In this document: piece after piece, positions 42,529-51,303 of the stretch | How the letters are laid out: each line of letters starts with the position of its first letter | Position numbering within the stretch: the first letter of the stretch is position 1 | Source of the DNA: Candidatus Cloacimonadales bacterium | GTDB taxonomy: Bacteria; Cloacimonadota; Cloacimonadia; Cloacimonadales; JAFGVF01 | Direction of reading: 5' to 3' | Length of the DNA stretch: 64,000 nucleotides | Assembly: GCA_963678315.1 (NCBI GenBank) | Contig: OY782781.1 | Coordinates: forward strand, 1,888,001 to 1,952,000 | Program-made: the position numbers and the translations under genes | Notes under the pieces: generated by a model | Seen by the model: the letters and a program-made list of their open reading frames with translations, nothing else | Told to the model about the DNA's origin: nothing | The model's database searches: none

Positions 42529-42623
42529 TTTAAACTCCTTTTAATGACTTCATAATGAAAATGCTTAGATGTACAGAAAATCCTCTTTCAAGAGTTAAGA
42601 TTTATTATAGACATTAATAAAAA

Positions 42624-42711
42624 TGGCGGAGACGTAGAGATTCGAACTCTAGATAGGTTGCCCTATACACGGTTTCCAACCGTGCTCCTTAAACCGCTCG
42701 GACACGTCTCC
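42624..42711 (-). tRNA. tRNA-Ser (anticodon GGA)
   Basis: Reverse complement GGAGACG...CACGG-TTGGAAA-CCGTG, long variable arm, GTTCGAATC T-loop, CGTCTCC-G-CCA end. Confidence 0.96.
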
Positions 42712-42980
42712 TAGGTTTCGTAATAAAATTAATCCCCTTTTATATGTCAATGAATATTTATCAGAAATTCATAGAATTCGTTATTTGTGTATGCTTTCTG
42801 GTGATTTAACCCAACTAATACTTGGCTTATTGTAAATAGTGTAGATTCTTTAGTATAGTTGTAAAGTAAACAAATATTCAGTATAAGAAATGAGACAGGG
42901 ACTACTAGTTTGTAAGAAAAAATATTGACATTGAGTTAAGTAAAGATGAAATGGAAAAAACAAATCAAATAGGAGTTCTC

Positions 42981-44414
42981 ATGAACAATAATGTAAGAGT
43001 TAGACTTGCTCCAAGTCCAACAGGATATCTCCATTTAGGTACCTTAAGAGTAGCATTATATAATTATGCTTTTGCAAAGAGAAATGGTGGTAAATTTATA
43101 TTAAGAATAGAAGATACAGATCAAAATAGATTAGTTGATGATGCAGTAGAAAATATTATAACAACTTTAAAAACTATTGGGGTTGAATTTGACGAAGGTC
43201 CTGGAAAAGGCGGAGAATTTGGTCCTTATGTTCAATCAGAAAGACTTGGTATATACAGAAAATATATTGATAAACTAATTGCTGATGGTAATGCCTACTA
43301 TTGTTTCTGTGATAAAGAAACTTTAGACACAATGAGAGCAGAGCAAATGGCAAAAAAAGAAGACCCTCGTTATGATAGAAGATGTTTAAAATTATCAACA
43401 GAAGAGGTTGAGGCAAGAATAGCTAACGGCGACCCTTATGTAGTTCGATTGAGAATGCCTGATGATAAAGTATTCAAATTCAATGATGCAATTAGGGGAG
43501 ATGTAGAAATACACTCTTCAACTGTAGATGACCAAGTTATCTTGAAATCTGACGGTTTTCCTACCTATCATTTAGCTGCTTGCGTGGATGATCATCTTAT
43601 GGAAATATCACATGTATTCCGTGGAGAAGAATGGATATCAAGTACACCTAAGCATTTATGGCTCTATGAATGTCTTGGTTGGGATGCTCCTAAGTTTGTA
43701 CATTTACCATTAATTATGAATACAGATCACTCTAAACTTAGTAAGAGAAAAAATGATGTATCAGTTGAAAACTATCTTAAGAAAGGATATCCAGTTGCAG
43801 CAATTATCAATTACATAGCAATAATTGGCTGGCACACTTCAGATGATAGAGAATTCTTCTCATTGGATGATTTATGCAAAGAATTCTCTTTAGATAGAGT
43901 TAATAAAGCTAATGGTGTTTTCGATATCGTGAAATTAAATTGGATGGCAGGAATGTATATTCGAGAAATGTCTAATGAAGATCTTCTTGAAAAATGCCAA
44001 CCATTCTTTATTAAAGCTGGATTAGACACTTCTGATAGGACTAAAATGCTGGCTGTAATGGAAAATGCTAAAGATAGAATAAGTTATTATGAACAATCTG
44101 TGGAACAATCAGAAATGTTCTTTAAAGATTTAGAGATTTCTGAAGAAGATATAGAAGTATTGAAATCAGAATCTTCTCAAACAGTTATAAAATATTTCTT
44201 AGATAATTTAGATAATCTTAATTGGGATGATATGGATGAAGTGGGAACTTTTATTAAAAAGGGTTCTAAAGAGATTGGTGTGAAAGGTAAAAACTACTAT
44301 TTCCCATTAAGAATTTCATTATTTGGTAGCTCCCACGGTCCTGATATACCAAAATTGTTTGCAATTTTAGGTAAAGATGGAGTTAGGAACAGATTTAGCA
44401 AAGCATTAGTATAA
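42981..44414 (+). CDS. gltX: Glutamate--tRNA ligase
   Basis: RLAPSPTGYLHLG (HIGH), LRIEDTD, KLSKR (KMSKS); start at MNNNV with aggag RBS. Confidence 0.97.
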   Translation: MNNNVRVRLAPSPTGYLHLGTLRVALYNYAFAKRNGGKFILRIEDTDQNRLVDDAVENIITTLKTIGVEFDEGPGKGGEFGPYVQSERLGIYRKYIDKLIADGNAYYCFCDKETLDTMRAEQMAKKEDPRYDRRCLKLSTEEVEARIANGDPYVVRLRMPDDKVFKFNDAIRGDVEIHSSTVDDQVILKSDGFPTYHLAACVDDHLMEISHVFRGEEWISSTPKHLWLYECLGWDAPKFVHLPLIMNTDHSKLSKRKNDVSVENYLKKGYPVAAIINYIAIIGWHTSDDREFFSLDDLCKEFSLDRVNKANGVFDIVKLNWMAGMYIREMSNEDLLEKCQPFFIKAGLDTSDRTKMLAVMENAKDRISYYEQSVEQSEMFFKDLEISEEDIEVLKSESSQTVIKYFLDNLDNLNWDDMDEVGTFIKKGSKEIGVKGKNYYFPLRISLFGSSHGPDIPKLFAILGKDGVRNRFSKALV

Positions 44415-44498
44415 TAATTAACTGTTAGCATCTATATTGATAATGGAAAACTATTTGTATAGATGCTAGTTTAAAATATTTATCAGGAGTCAGTAATA

Positions 44499-45110
44499 AT
44501 GGAATATGTTAGAAAGTTAGAAGGTAGTAAAATATTTTTAGCTCCAATAGAAGTAGATGAAGCAAGAAAATACATTTCTTGGTACAATGATTTTGAGATA
44601 GGCTTCTTTTTAGGAACACAAGATAGAATAGTTACAGAAGGACAAGAAAAGAATATTCTTGAAAGATTATCTAATTCAAATAAGGATTATCAATTTACAA
44701 TCGTTGACTTAGAAACAAAAACAGCTATTGGACACTGCGGATTACACAACATAGATTGGGTTAATCGTACAGCAGAATTTGGTATCAATATAGGTAATAA
44801 AAGCTATTGGAATAAGGGCTACGGTACAGATGCCACTGAACTCTTAGTCGCTTTTGCTTTTGATATTCTAAACTTAAATAATGTTATGCTTAGAGTTCTT
44901 GAGTGCAACCCAAGAGCAATTCATATATATGAAAAAGTCGGCTTCAAAGAGATAGGTAAACGCCGTGAAGTTGTGACAGTAGCTGGTGAGAACTTTGCTA
45001 TGGTTTATTATGATATTATCTCTTCTGAATTTAAATCTGATTTGATTAGAAATAACATAGATAAGTACAAGAAAGCAGATAAGAATCTAAATAAAATATC
45101 TTTACTATAA
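44499..45110 (+). CDS. GNAT (RimJ/RimL-like) acetyltransferase
   Basis: YWNKGYGTDA acetyl-CoA motif; NPRAIHIYEKVGF. Confidence 0.88.
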   Translation: MEYVRKLEGSKIFLAPIEVDEARKYISWYNDFEIGFFLGTQDRIVTEGQEKNILERLSNSNKDYQFTIVDLETKTAIGHCGLHNIDWVNRTAEFGINIGNKSYWNKGYGTDATELLVAFAFDILNLNNVMLRVLECNPRAIHIYEKVGFKEIGKRREVVTVAGENFAMVYYDIISSEFKSDLIRNNIDKYKKADKNLNKISLL

Positions 45111-45125
45111 TTTAAGGAAATATGC

Positions 45126-46232
45126 TTGTTAAATAAAATTAAAGGACAAAGCAAAGTTATTTCTTCTTTGCTTAATGCAATTGAAGTTAATAGGGTGGGG
45201 CAAAGTTATCTTTTCTATGGACCTGAAGGCATAGGAAAGTTAACTACTGCTCTATATTTTGTGATGGCGATTAATTGCTTAAATGAAGAAGAAGGATGTC
45301 CGTGTGGAGTCTGTGACTCCTGTAGAAAGTTCTTAAATCTATCACATCCAGACTTAATCTATATTTTTCCAACTCCTAATTTAAAGCTTTCTAGTGATGG
45401 GGAAATTAAAGATTCAAAGTATCAAGTAGAGTATGCTGAATATATCAATAATAAGATTAATTCTCCTTGGAAGTCTTATAAATTCTCAGCAGCTAGTGAG
45501 ATTAGAATTGATTCTATCAGGATGTTACAACAACGCTTGAATTTAACTAAGAATGAAGCGAAAACACGGGTCTGTATTATTGAAGATGCAGATTTGATGA
45601 ATAATAACACAGCAAATGCTTTTCTTAAAACTTTAGAGGAACCACCTGAAAATACTATAATCATTCTTACTACATCAAAAGAAAACAAATTGCTTCCTAC
45701 TATATTATCAAGATGTCAGAAAGTAGCTTTTAAAAACCTAAGTAAGGATACTATCAGTTCTATTCTAGTTGAGGAATTCCAGGTCGATTCAAGAAAAGCC
45801 AATATCTTAGCAAGAATCTCTTATGGTAATGCTGAGAAAGCCATTCAGCTTATTGATGAAGATCTAGATAGTGGCAGAAAGATTGCTCAAATGATAATTC
45901 AATATAGCCTCAAGAAAGATGATTTATCATTTATAGCTTATCTTGAAGAAATCAAATCATTAAAGCAAAAGAAATACCTCAAGAACATCTGGTTCAATAT
46001 AGTCATAATTCTGATGGACCTAATCTATCTCTCAGAAAGTCCAGATAATGTAATTAATATTGACTCAAAAGATTTGCTTGAAGAACTGTTGAATAAAAAA
46101 AGCACCTTCACAGAAGATGTCTATAAATTAGTAGATTATACAAATTCTATAAATGAAATGATTGACTTAAACACCGTCCCAGCCCTTATTCTAACTACTA
46201 TTTATCATAAATTAAAAAAAATATTTAATTAA
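45126..46232 (+). CDS. holB: DNA polymerase III delta' subunit
   Basis: GPEGIGK, Zn module C..PCGVCDSC, HPD, ANAFLKTLEEPP, TILSRC. Confidence 0.9.
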   Translation: MLNKIKGQSKVISSLLNAIEVNRVGQSYLFYGPEGIGKLTTALYFVMAINCLNEEEGCPCGVCDSCRKFLNLSHPDLIYIFPTPNLKLSSDGEIKDSKYQVEYAEYINNKINSPWKSYKFSAASEIRIDSIRMLQQRLNLTKNEAKTRVCIIEDADLMNNNTANAFLKTLEEPPENTIIILTTSKENKLLPTILSRCQKVAFKNLSKDTISSILVEEFQVDSRKANILARISYGNAEKAIQLIDEDLDSGRKIAQMIIQYSLKKDDLSFIAYLEEIKSLKQKKYLKNIWFNIVIILMDLIYLSESPDNVINIDSKDLLEELLNKKSTFTEDVYKLVDYTNSINEMIDLNTVPALILTTIYHKLKKIFN

Positions 46233-46445
46233 TTTTTAAAAGTATTCATAAAAGTCTAGAGAATAGGATGAAATGTTTAAGTTGCTGATAAACAATGCTT
46301 TAACTTTTTGAAGGACTGCCATAGGGATGTCATTATATTGTGTAAGTTATTATTAGGTAAATAAATATAGAAAAAAATATTTGACAATAATTAATATGAG
46401 CTTTAAATAAGCAATGACTCGCAAAACTAAATCATTGGAGGAAAT

Positions 46446-46718
46446 ATGACAAAAGATGAACTTGTTAGCAAAATTGCTGATAAATCTAATCTATCAAAGA
46501 AAGTTGTTAATGAATTTGTAGCAGCATTTATCGAAGAAATTACTGAGGCAATGAAGAATGGCAAAAGAGTATCTTTCGTAGGTTTTGGAACATTTGAACC
46601 AAAATTAAGAAAAGAACGCCAAGGTATTAATCCACAAACTAAAGAAAAAATTACTATTCCTGCTAGAAGAGTTCCAGTATTTAAAGCTGGTAAGAAATTG
46701 AGAGAAGCAGTTAAGTAA
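46446..46718 (+). CDS. hup: Histone-like DNA-binding protein HU
   Basis: MTKDELV, GFGTF, GINPQT, PVFKAGK. Confidence 0.95.
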   Translation: MTKDELVSKIADKSNLSKKVVNEFVAAFIEEITEAMKNGKRVSFVGFGTFEPKLRKERQGINPQTKEKITIPARRVPVFKAGKKLREAVK

Positions 46719-46762
46719 ATATAATTTTAATTTTAATTATTAAGCTGTAATTGTTCAGCCTG

Positions 46763-46791
46763 AGAGCCTTGTTTATTCAAGGCTCTTTTTC
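46763..46791 (+). terminator. Rho-independent terminator after HU
   Basis: agagccttg-tttatt-caaggctct followed by tttt. Confidence 0.8.
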
Positions 46792-46897
46792 TATTTAAGG
46801 TTCTACATTTTTTCAATACACAAATAACTAATTAGAATTCTGTTATGGCTCAAAAACACCTACGCTCATTCTGAATGTTATAGATTTATAGTTTTTG

Positions 46898-46925
46898 TTG
46901 ACATTATAGCTGTTCATTTTATAAT
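46898..46925 (+). promoter_or_regulatory. Consensus sigma70 promoter
   Basis: TTGACA-16bp-TATAAT upstream of the 46952 operon. Confidence 0.65.
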
Positions 46926-46951
46926 AGCTAAAAAATAATGTTTGGTGAAAT

Positions 46952-47863
46952 ATGAATAAAATTATTAGTTTATCTTGTCTGTTGTTTTGCATTATAAGCA
47001 TAAAAGCTCAATCAGTAAATTCACATATGATTGCTAAGGTTGAAAACATGATTGATAGGAATGATACTTTCTTTATAAATGAGTTTATTGATCAAAGCAT
47101 GCAACCTAAAAAAATGGGTTCTTTCTATTTAGAACTTGCAGATAGCCTTATAGCTCATGATATTGATATTGAGTATCTATCAATATTTTCTAAGTCTGGA
47201 GCTTATAATATAATTAGAAAAGCTGGCGATATGCAGTATTCCAACCGACGAGTATCTTCAAGATTAAAGAAAGATGCTTGTAGCTTATTAAGGGTTTCAA
47301 TTGATAGAGTTTTTGAACAATGGCTAGCTAATAAGAATGATGGTTCTTTATTATTGAAAGATAGTATTGATATGATGATGCTCTACAATAGAATCCAATC
47401 ACAAATTGATTATGACCCAGTTAGTAATTTTAAGAACTATATACTTTTTGGAGAACTTTATTTAGCAGTTGAGGACTATAAATCAGCTCAAGAATATTTC
47501 ATGGCTGCAAAAGAATTCACTAAGCAAATTGAAACACAAGAATATTCCGATATCTCTGAAATATATTGTATACTTGCTGAAGCGAACAGTAATTTAGAGT
47601 CAGAAGGAACCATTCTTGATATGCAATCATTTTTGACTAATTACTACAAGCTAGATGGTCTTTTTGATAAATATGAAGATCTTGTTGATAGTAAAAGAAA
47701 GAAGTCAGAAGATGACTCTAAAGAAGATGATTCTACTAATAATATTTCCAAAGATCTTGTTGATGTTTCCTTAGAAGAATCATCAAACTGGTTAAGTAGA
47801 CTAAATAAGATTAAACAAAGAGTATTTACTGACTTCTATATAGTTGCAGAAGAGGATGAATAA
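46952..47863 (+). CDS. Hypothetical secreted helical (TPR-like) protein
   Basis: Signal-peptide-like N-terminus; FGELYLAVEDYKSAQEYF resembles a TPR. Confidence 0.5.
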   Translation: MNKIISLSCLLFCIISIKAQSVNSHMIAKVENMIDRNDTFFINEFIDQSMQPKKMGSFYLELADSLIAHDIDIEYLSIFSKSGAYNIIRKAGDMQYSNRRVSSRLKKDACSLLRVSIDRVFEQWLANKNDGSLLLKDSIDMMMLYNRIQSQIDYDPVSNFKNYILFGELYLAVEDYKSAQEYFMAAKEFTKQIETQEYSDISEIYCILAEANSNLESEGTILDMQSFLTNYYKLDGLFDKYEDLVDSKRKKSEDDSKEDDSTNNISKDLVDVSLEESSNWLSRLNKIKQRVFTDFYIVAEEDE

Positions 47864-47865
47864 TT

Positions 47866-48876
47866 GTGATAAAGTCCATTTCAATAAGCAAAGACAAAGC
47901 TATTATTATAGACCAAACTTTATTACCTTCTGAAGAGAAGTATATTGAAATCAATAATTCAGACCAGATGATAGAAGCTATAAAGAAGTTACGAATTAGA
48001 GGTGCACCAGCTATAGGTATTGCTGGAATGTATGCTTGCTGGCTAGCATTTTGTGAAGAGAAGATGAACGCATGTAATCAAAAAGCTCTTCTTACAAAGA
48101 TTAATGCAATTGAAATAGCTAGGCCTACCGCTGTAAACTTGTCTTATGCAACTGATAAGGCAAGAAGCTATGTAAATAGTCATAGCTTTAACTGGGATAA
48201 TGACCAACTATATCAAATGACTGATTTTCTTATGGATGTGGAACTAAACAATTCTCAGAAGATGGGTCAACATGGAGCTAACCTTATTTATAGTGGTCAA
48301 AGAGAGTTAAGAATACTCACTCATTGCAATACCGGATCTTTAGCAACTTATGGAGATGGAACAGCTTTAAGTGTGATAAGAGCTTTAGCTAAGAAAACTA
48401 AGGTTAAGGTATGGGCTGATGAAACAAGACCTCTAATGCAAGGCTCTAGATTAACTATGTGGGAACTAATGAAAGATGGTATTGACTGTACATTAATTAG
48501 TGATTCTATGGCTGCTCATACAATTAAAACACAAGGGATTGATTTAATAATTACTGGAGCAGATAGGATTGCTCTGAATGGCGATTCTGCTAACAAGATT
48601 GGCACTTATAATTTATCTATTTTAGCAAAACATTTCAATATTCCTTTCTATATAGTTGCTCCTACAACGACTATCGATTATGCTATTGAGAGTGGATCTA
48701 GCATCGTTATTGAAGAAAGAGATTCCAAGGAGTTAATTTTTGTTGGTACTAAACAGACAGCTCCAGCAAATGCAAAAGTGTTTAATCCAGCTTTTGATGT
48801 TGTAGATAGTTCTTATATAGAATCGATTATAACTGAAGAAGGAGCATTCAAGTATCCTTATGATTTCAGAAAATAA
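47866..48876 (+). CDS. mtnA: Methylthioribose-1-phosphate isomerase
   Basis: IDQTLLP, RGAPAIG, ARPTAVNL, THCNTGSLAT, ETRP, GADR, NKIGT, NPAFD. Confidence 0.95.
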   Translation: MIKSISISKDKAIIIDQTLLPSEEKYIEINNSDQMIEAIKKLRIRGAPAIGIAGMYACWLAFCEEKMNACNQKALLTKINAIEIARPTAVNLSYATDKARSYVNSHSFNWDNDQLYQMTDFLMDVELNNSQKMGQHGANLIYSGQRELRILTHCNTGSLATYGDGTALSVIRALAKKTKVKVWADETRPLMQGSRLTMWELMKDGIDCTLISDSMAAHTIKTQGIDLIITGADRIALNGDSANKIGTYNLSILAKHFNIPFYIVAPTTTIDYAIESGSSIVIEERDSKELIFVGTKQTAPANAKVFNPAFDVVDSSYIESIITEEGAFKYPYDFRK

Positions 48877-49621
48877 TAAAGCAATAATAGAGAAAGTATC
48901 AGAGCTTTTTGATAAGGCTAAGAATGTAGTCTTTTTTACAGGGGCAGGTATCTCAGTTGAAAGTGGAATAGCTCCTTTTAGAGGTAACAATGGAGTATGG
49001 ACTAAGTATGATGCAAAGGTTTTGGAACTCAACTATTATCTTAAAAACCCTAGTAAATGTTGGCCAGTTATAAAAGAACTTTTTTACAGTAAGAAAGTGA
49101 TTGATGCTACTCCAAATTCAGCACATTATGCTATAGCTGAGTATGAAAGACAAGGTAAATCACTGGCTGTAATAACCCAGAATATTGATAATTTACATCA
49201 AAAAGCAGGAAGCAAGAAAGTGGTTGAACTGCATGGGAATATTTCAAGGTTTTATTGCCAGAAATGTAGTAAGCAGTGGTTTTCTAATGATGTAGTTCTA
49301 GATGATGATAAGCCAATTTGCAAGGATTGTGGTGGATTGCTTAAACCTGATTTTGTTTTTTTTAGTGAGCCTCTATCTAGTAAATCTTTAGAAGATGCTT
49401 ATGAGTTTTCCATGAAGGCTGATTTGTTTGTTATTATTGGTTCTTCTGGTGAAGTTCAACCAGCAAATCAATTTCCATTGCTAGCAAAGCAGTCAAAGGC
49501 TACAATCATTGAATTCAATACAGATGAGTCAAATTATACAAAATATATTACTGATTATTTTATAAAGGGTAAAGTAGGTAGAACTTTACCAATGTTGTTA
49601 AAATATAAAGGAGAGTTATAA
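48860..49621 (+). CDS. cobB: NAD-dependent protein deacylase (Sir2 family)
   Basis: TGAGISVESGI.FRG, TQNIDNLH, ELHG, CxxC..CxxC Zn site, GSS. Confidence 0.92.
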   Translation: MISENNKAIIEKVSELFDKAKNVVFFTGAGISVESGIAPFRGNNGVWTKYDAKVLELNYYLKNPSKCWPVIKELFYSKKVIDATPNSAHYAIAEYERQGKSLAVITQNIDNLHQKAGSKKVVELHGNISRFYCQKCSKQWFSNDVVLDDDKPICKDCGGLLKPDFVFFSEPLSSKSLEDAYEFSMKADLFVIIGSSGEVQPANQFPLLAKQSKATIIEFNTDESNYTKYITDYFIKGKVGRTLPMLLKYKGEL

Positions 49622-50688
49622 TGAAAAAGATTATTATAGTTATGTTAATGACATTAATTTCAACTACCACGATTCTTGGTGTAACAGTAGAAGAACTAAT
49701 GGGCAATGTTAAATCAATTAAGGCAAATATAAAAGATGATAAAGCTATTGTAAATTGGCAGTTTAAAAGTGGGATTGAGTGTGATTCTGTAGTGGTTTAT
49801 AGAAGTTATTCACCGATGGAGATTCCTCTTGATAGATATTTATATCCAATAAGAAAGAATACAGTTACTGGTAAAAGTGTTTTCTCTGATGAATACTTAG
49901 CTTCTAATGTAGATTACTATTATAAAGTTGTTGGTTATCTTAATGGGGAACTGGCTGGCATTTCTGATAATTGCAAAATCTCCGTAAGTGGAGATTCTTT
50001 AAGAACTGTAGATATAGATTTCAAAAATGTGCATATAGAAATTGATAAAGTTAATTATTTGCTCTCTATTAAGAATAATGATACTACTCTAAAATCATAT
50101 CCAATAGCCATGGGGGGTAACCCTTTTAGCAGAAAGATTATTAGGGATAATGAGTCAAGTCCAGAAGGTATATATAATGTTGTTTATATCCAAAGAAATG
50201 CTACATATTACAAAGCACTAGATATTAACTATCCAAACACAATTGATAGAGTTAGGTTTGATGTAGCAAAACAGACCGGTATGATATCACAAAGTGATGT
50301 TATTGGTGGTGAAATTCAAATTCATGGTAAAGGTATTTACAATAACTGGACATTTGGTTGTTTTGCATTAAGAAATGATGATATCGATGAAATCCTTGAT
50401 TCTAAACTAATCAGACGTGGAACTAATATTGTTATCTTTGGTTATGAGATTGAAAGAGAAGATTTAGGGTATATTTTTAGGTATTGGCCAAAGAGTGAAG
50501 TCAAAGTTATCCAAAGAAAATTAAGAGATCAAGGCTATAAGGTCGGTAGTGATGGAGTTCTTGGTCCAAACTCTAGACGTCAACTTGGTAAGTTCCAAAA
50601 AGACAATGGTTTGGCTGTTACCTGTGATTTAGATAAAGACACGTGCAAAAAACTGGGTTATATCCCTAGTAGCATTAAAAATAAATAA
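49621..50688 (+). CDS. L,D-transpeptidase (YkuD) with N-terminal FN3-like and C-terminal peptidoglycan-binding domains
   Basis: SPEGIY, IQIHG....WTFGCFAL; C-terminal IQRKL..DGVLGP..FQKDNGL. Confidence 0.85.
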   Translation: MKKIIIVMLMTLISTTTILGVTVEELMGNVKSIKANIKDDKAIVNWQFKSGIECDSVVVYRSYSPMEIPLDRYLYPIRKNTVTGKSVFSDEYLASNVDYYYKVVGYLNGELAGISDNCKISVSGDSLRTVDIDFKNVHIEIDKVNYLLSIKNNDTTLKSYPIAMGGNPFSRKIIRDNESSPEGIYNVVYIQRNATYYKALDINYPNTIDRVRFDVAKQTGMISQSDVIGGEIQIHGKGIYNNWTFGCFALRNDDIDEILDSKLIRRGTNIVIFGYEIEREDLGYIFRYWPKSEVKVIQRKLRDQGYKVGSDGVLGPNSRRQLGKFQKDNGLAVTCDLDKDTCKKLGYIPSSIKNK

Positions 50689-50717
50689 CTTGCTTAAAAA
50701 ACAATTAGGCATATTTT

Positions 50718-51077
50718 GTGGCTATGAGTTATAAAGATAAACAGATTTTTTTTAGGACACATATGAAAGGATTTATCCAAGGATTTTTATTCATACTTGT
50801 CATTATTTTAATTATTGGATTTTTCCAATTGATAGGCTACATTGACGTTCAGATTAATGGTGAAGTACCTACACCAAATTCGGAAGCTAGTTCTTGGAAT
50901 GAATCAGATGAACAACCCGATGGTGTTTATAATCGTATCGAGCCTAAAGAAATGAACAGTTCTGCTAAAAAGAACTTTGATTCAGACTTTGGCTCTAAAC
51001 CATTAAACCAAAAGGATAGAGATAAGTCTGAAGAAAATAAGCAAGATAGAATGAAAAAGTCTTTCAAAGGCTTTTAG
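50718..51077 (+). CDS. Hypothetical single-pass membrane protein
   Basis: One hydrophobic segment followed by a charged tail. Confidence 0.5.
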   Translation: MAMSYKDKQIFFRTHMKGFIQGFLFILVIILIIGFFQLIGYIDVQINGEVPTPNSEASSWNESDEQPDGVYNRIEPKEMNSSAKKNFDSDFGSKPLNQKDRDKSEENKQDRMKKSFKGF

Positions 51078-51101
51078 TTTTAACTGAATTATAGGGCTTC
51101 A

Positions 51102-51150
51102 TTAAGGGTCTCCTTGAAAAAACGACTTTTTTTCAAAGAGGCAAGTAAGG
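51102..51150 (+). repeat. Partial third copy of the dispersed element, at the left edge of the R-M island
   Basis: ttaagggtctccttgaaaaaacgactttttttcaaagaggcaagtaagg matches 26741-26789. Confidence 0.8.
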
Positions 51151-51303
51151 ATGAAGAGTTAATGAGCTGTTAGGAGTTAGTAGTTAGGATAGGGTTGACT
51201 GGAAATGCCCAGCTGGGGAAAAGAATAAAAAAACTTAAATAATATCAAAAATTAAATAGGTATAGGAAACATATATCTAATAATTGAATGAAGTAGGAAA
51301 AAT

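Noticed and set aside
48860..49621. Sir2 gene as an anti-phage (Thoeris/DSR-type) effector near the R-M island
   Set aside because: It is a canonical Zn-binding CobB-type deacylase in a housekeeping operon with mtnA, not a defence SIR2 domain protein.
51155..51190. Heptamer-like gagttag/tagttag run upstream of hsdR
   Set aside because: Only 3-4 degenerate units; probably part of the dispersed element family (compare 42024-42047) and too weak to call separately.
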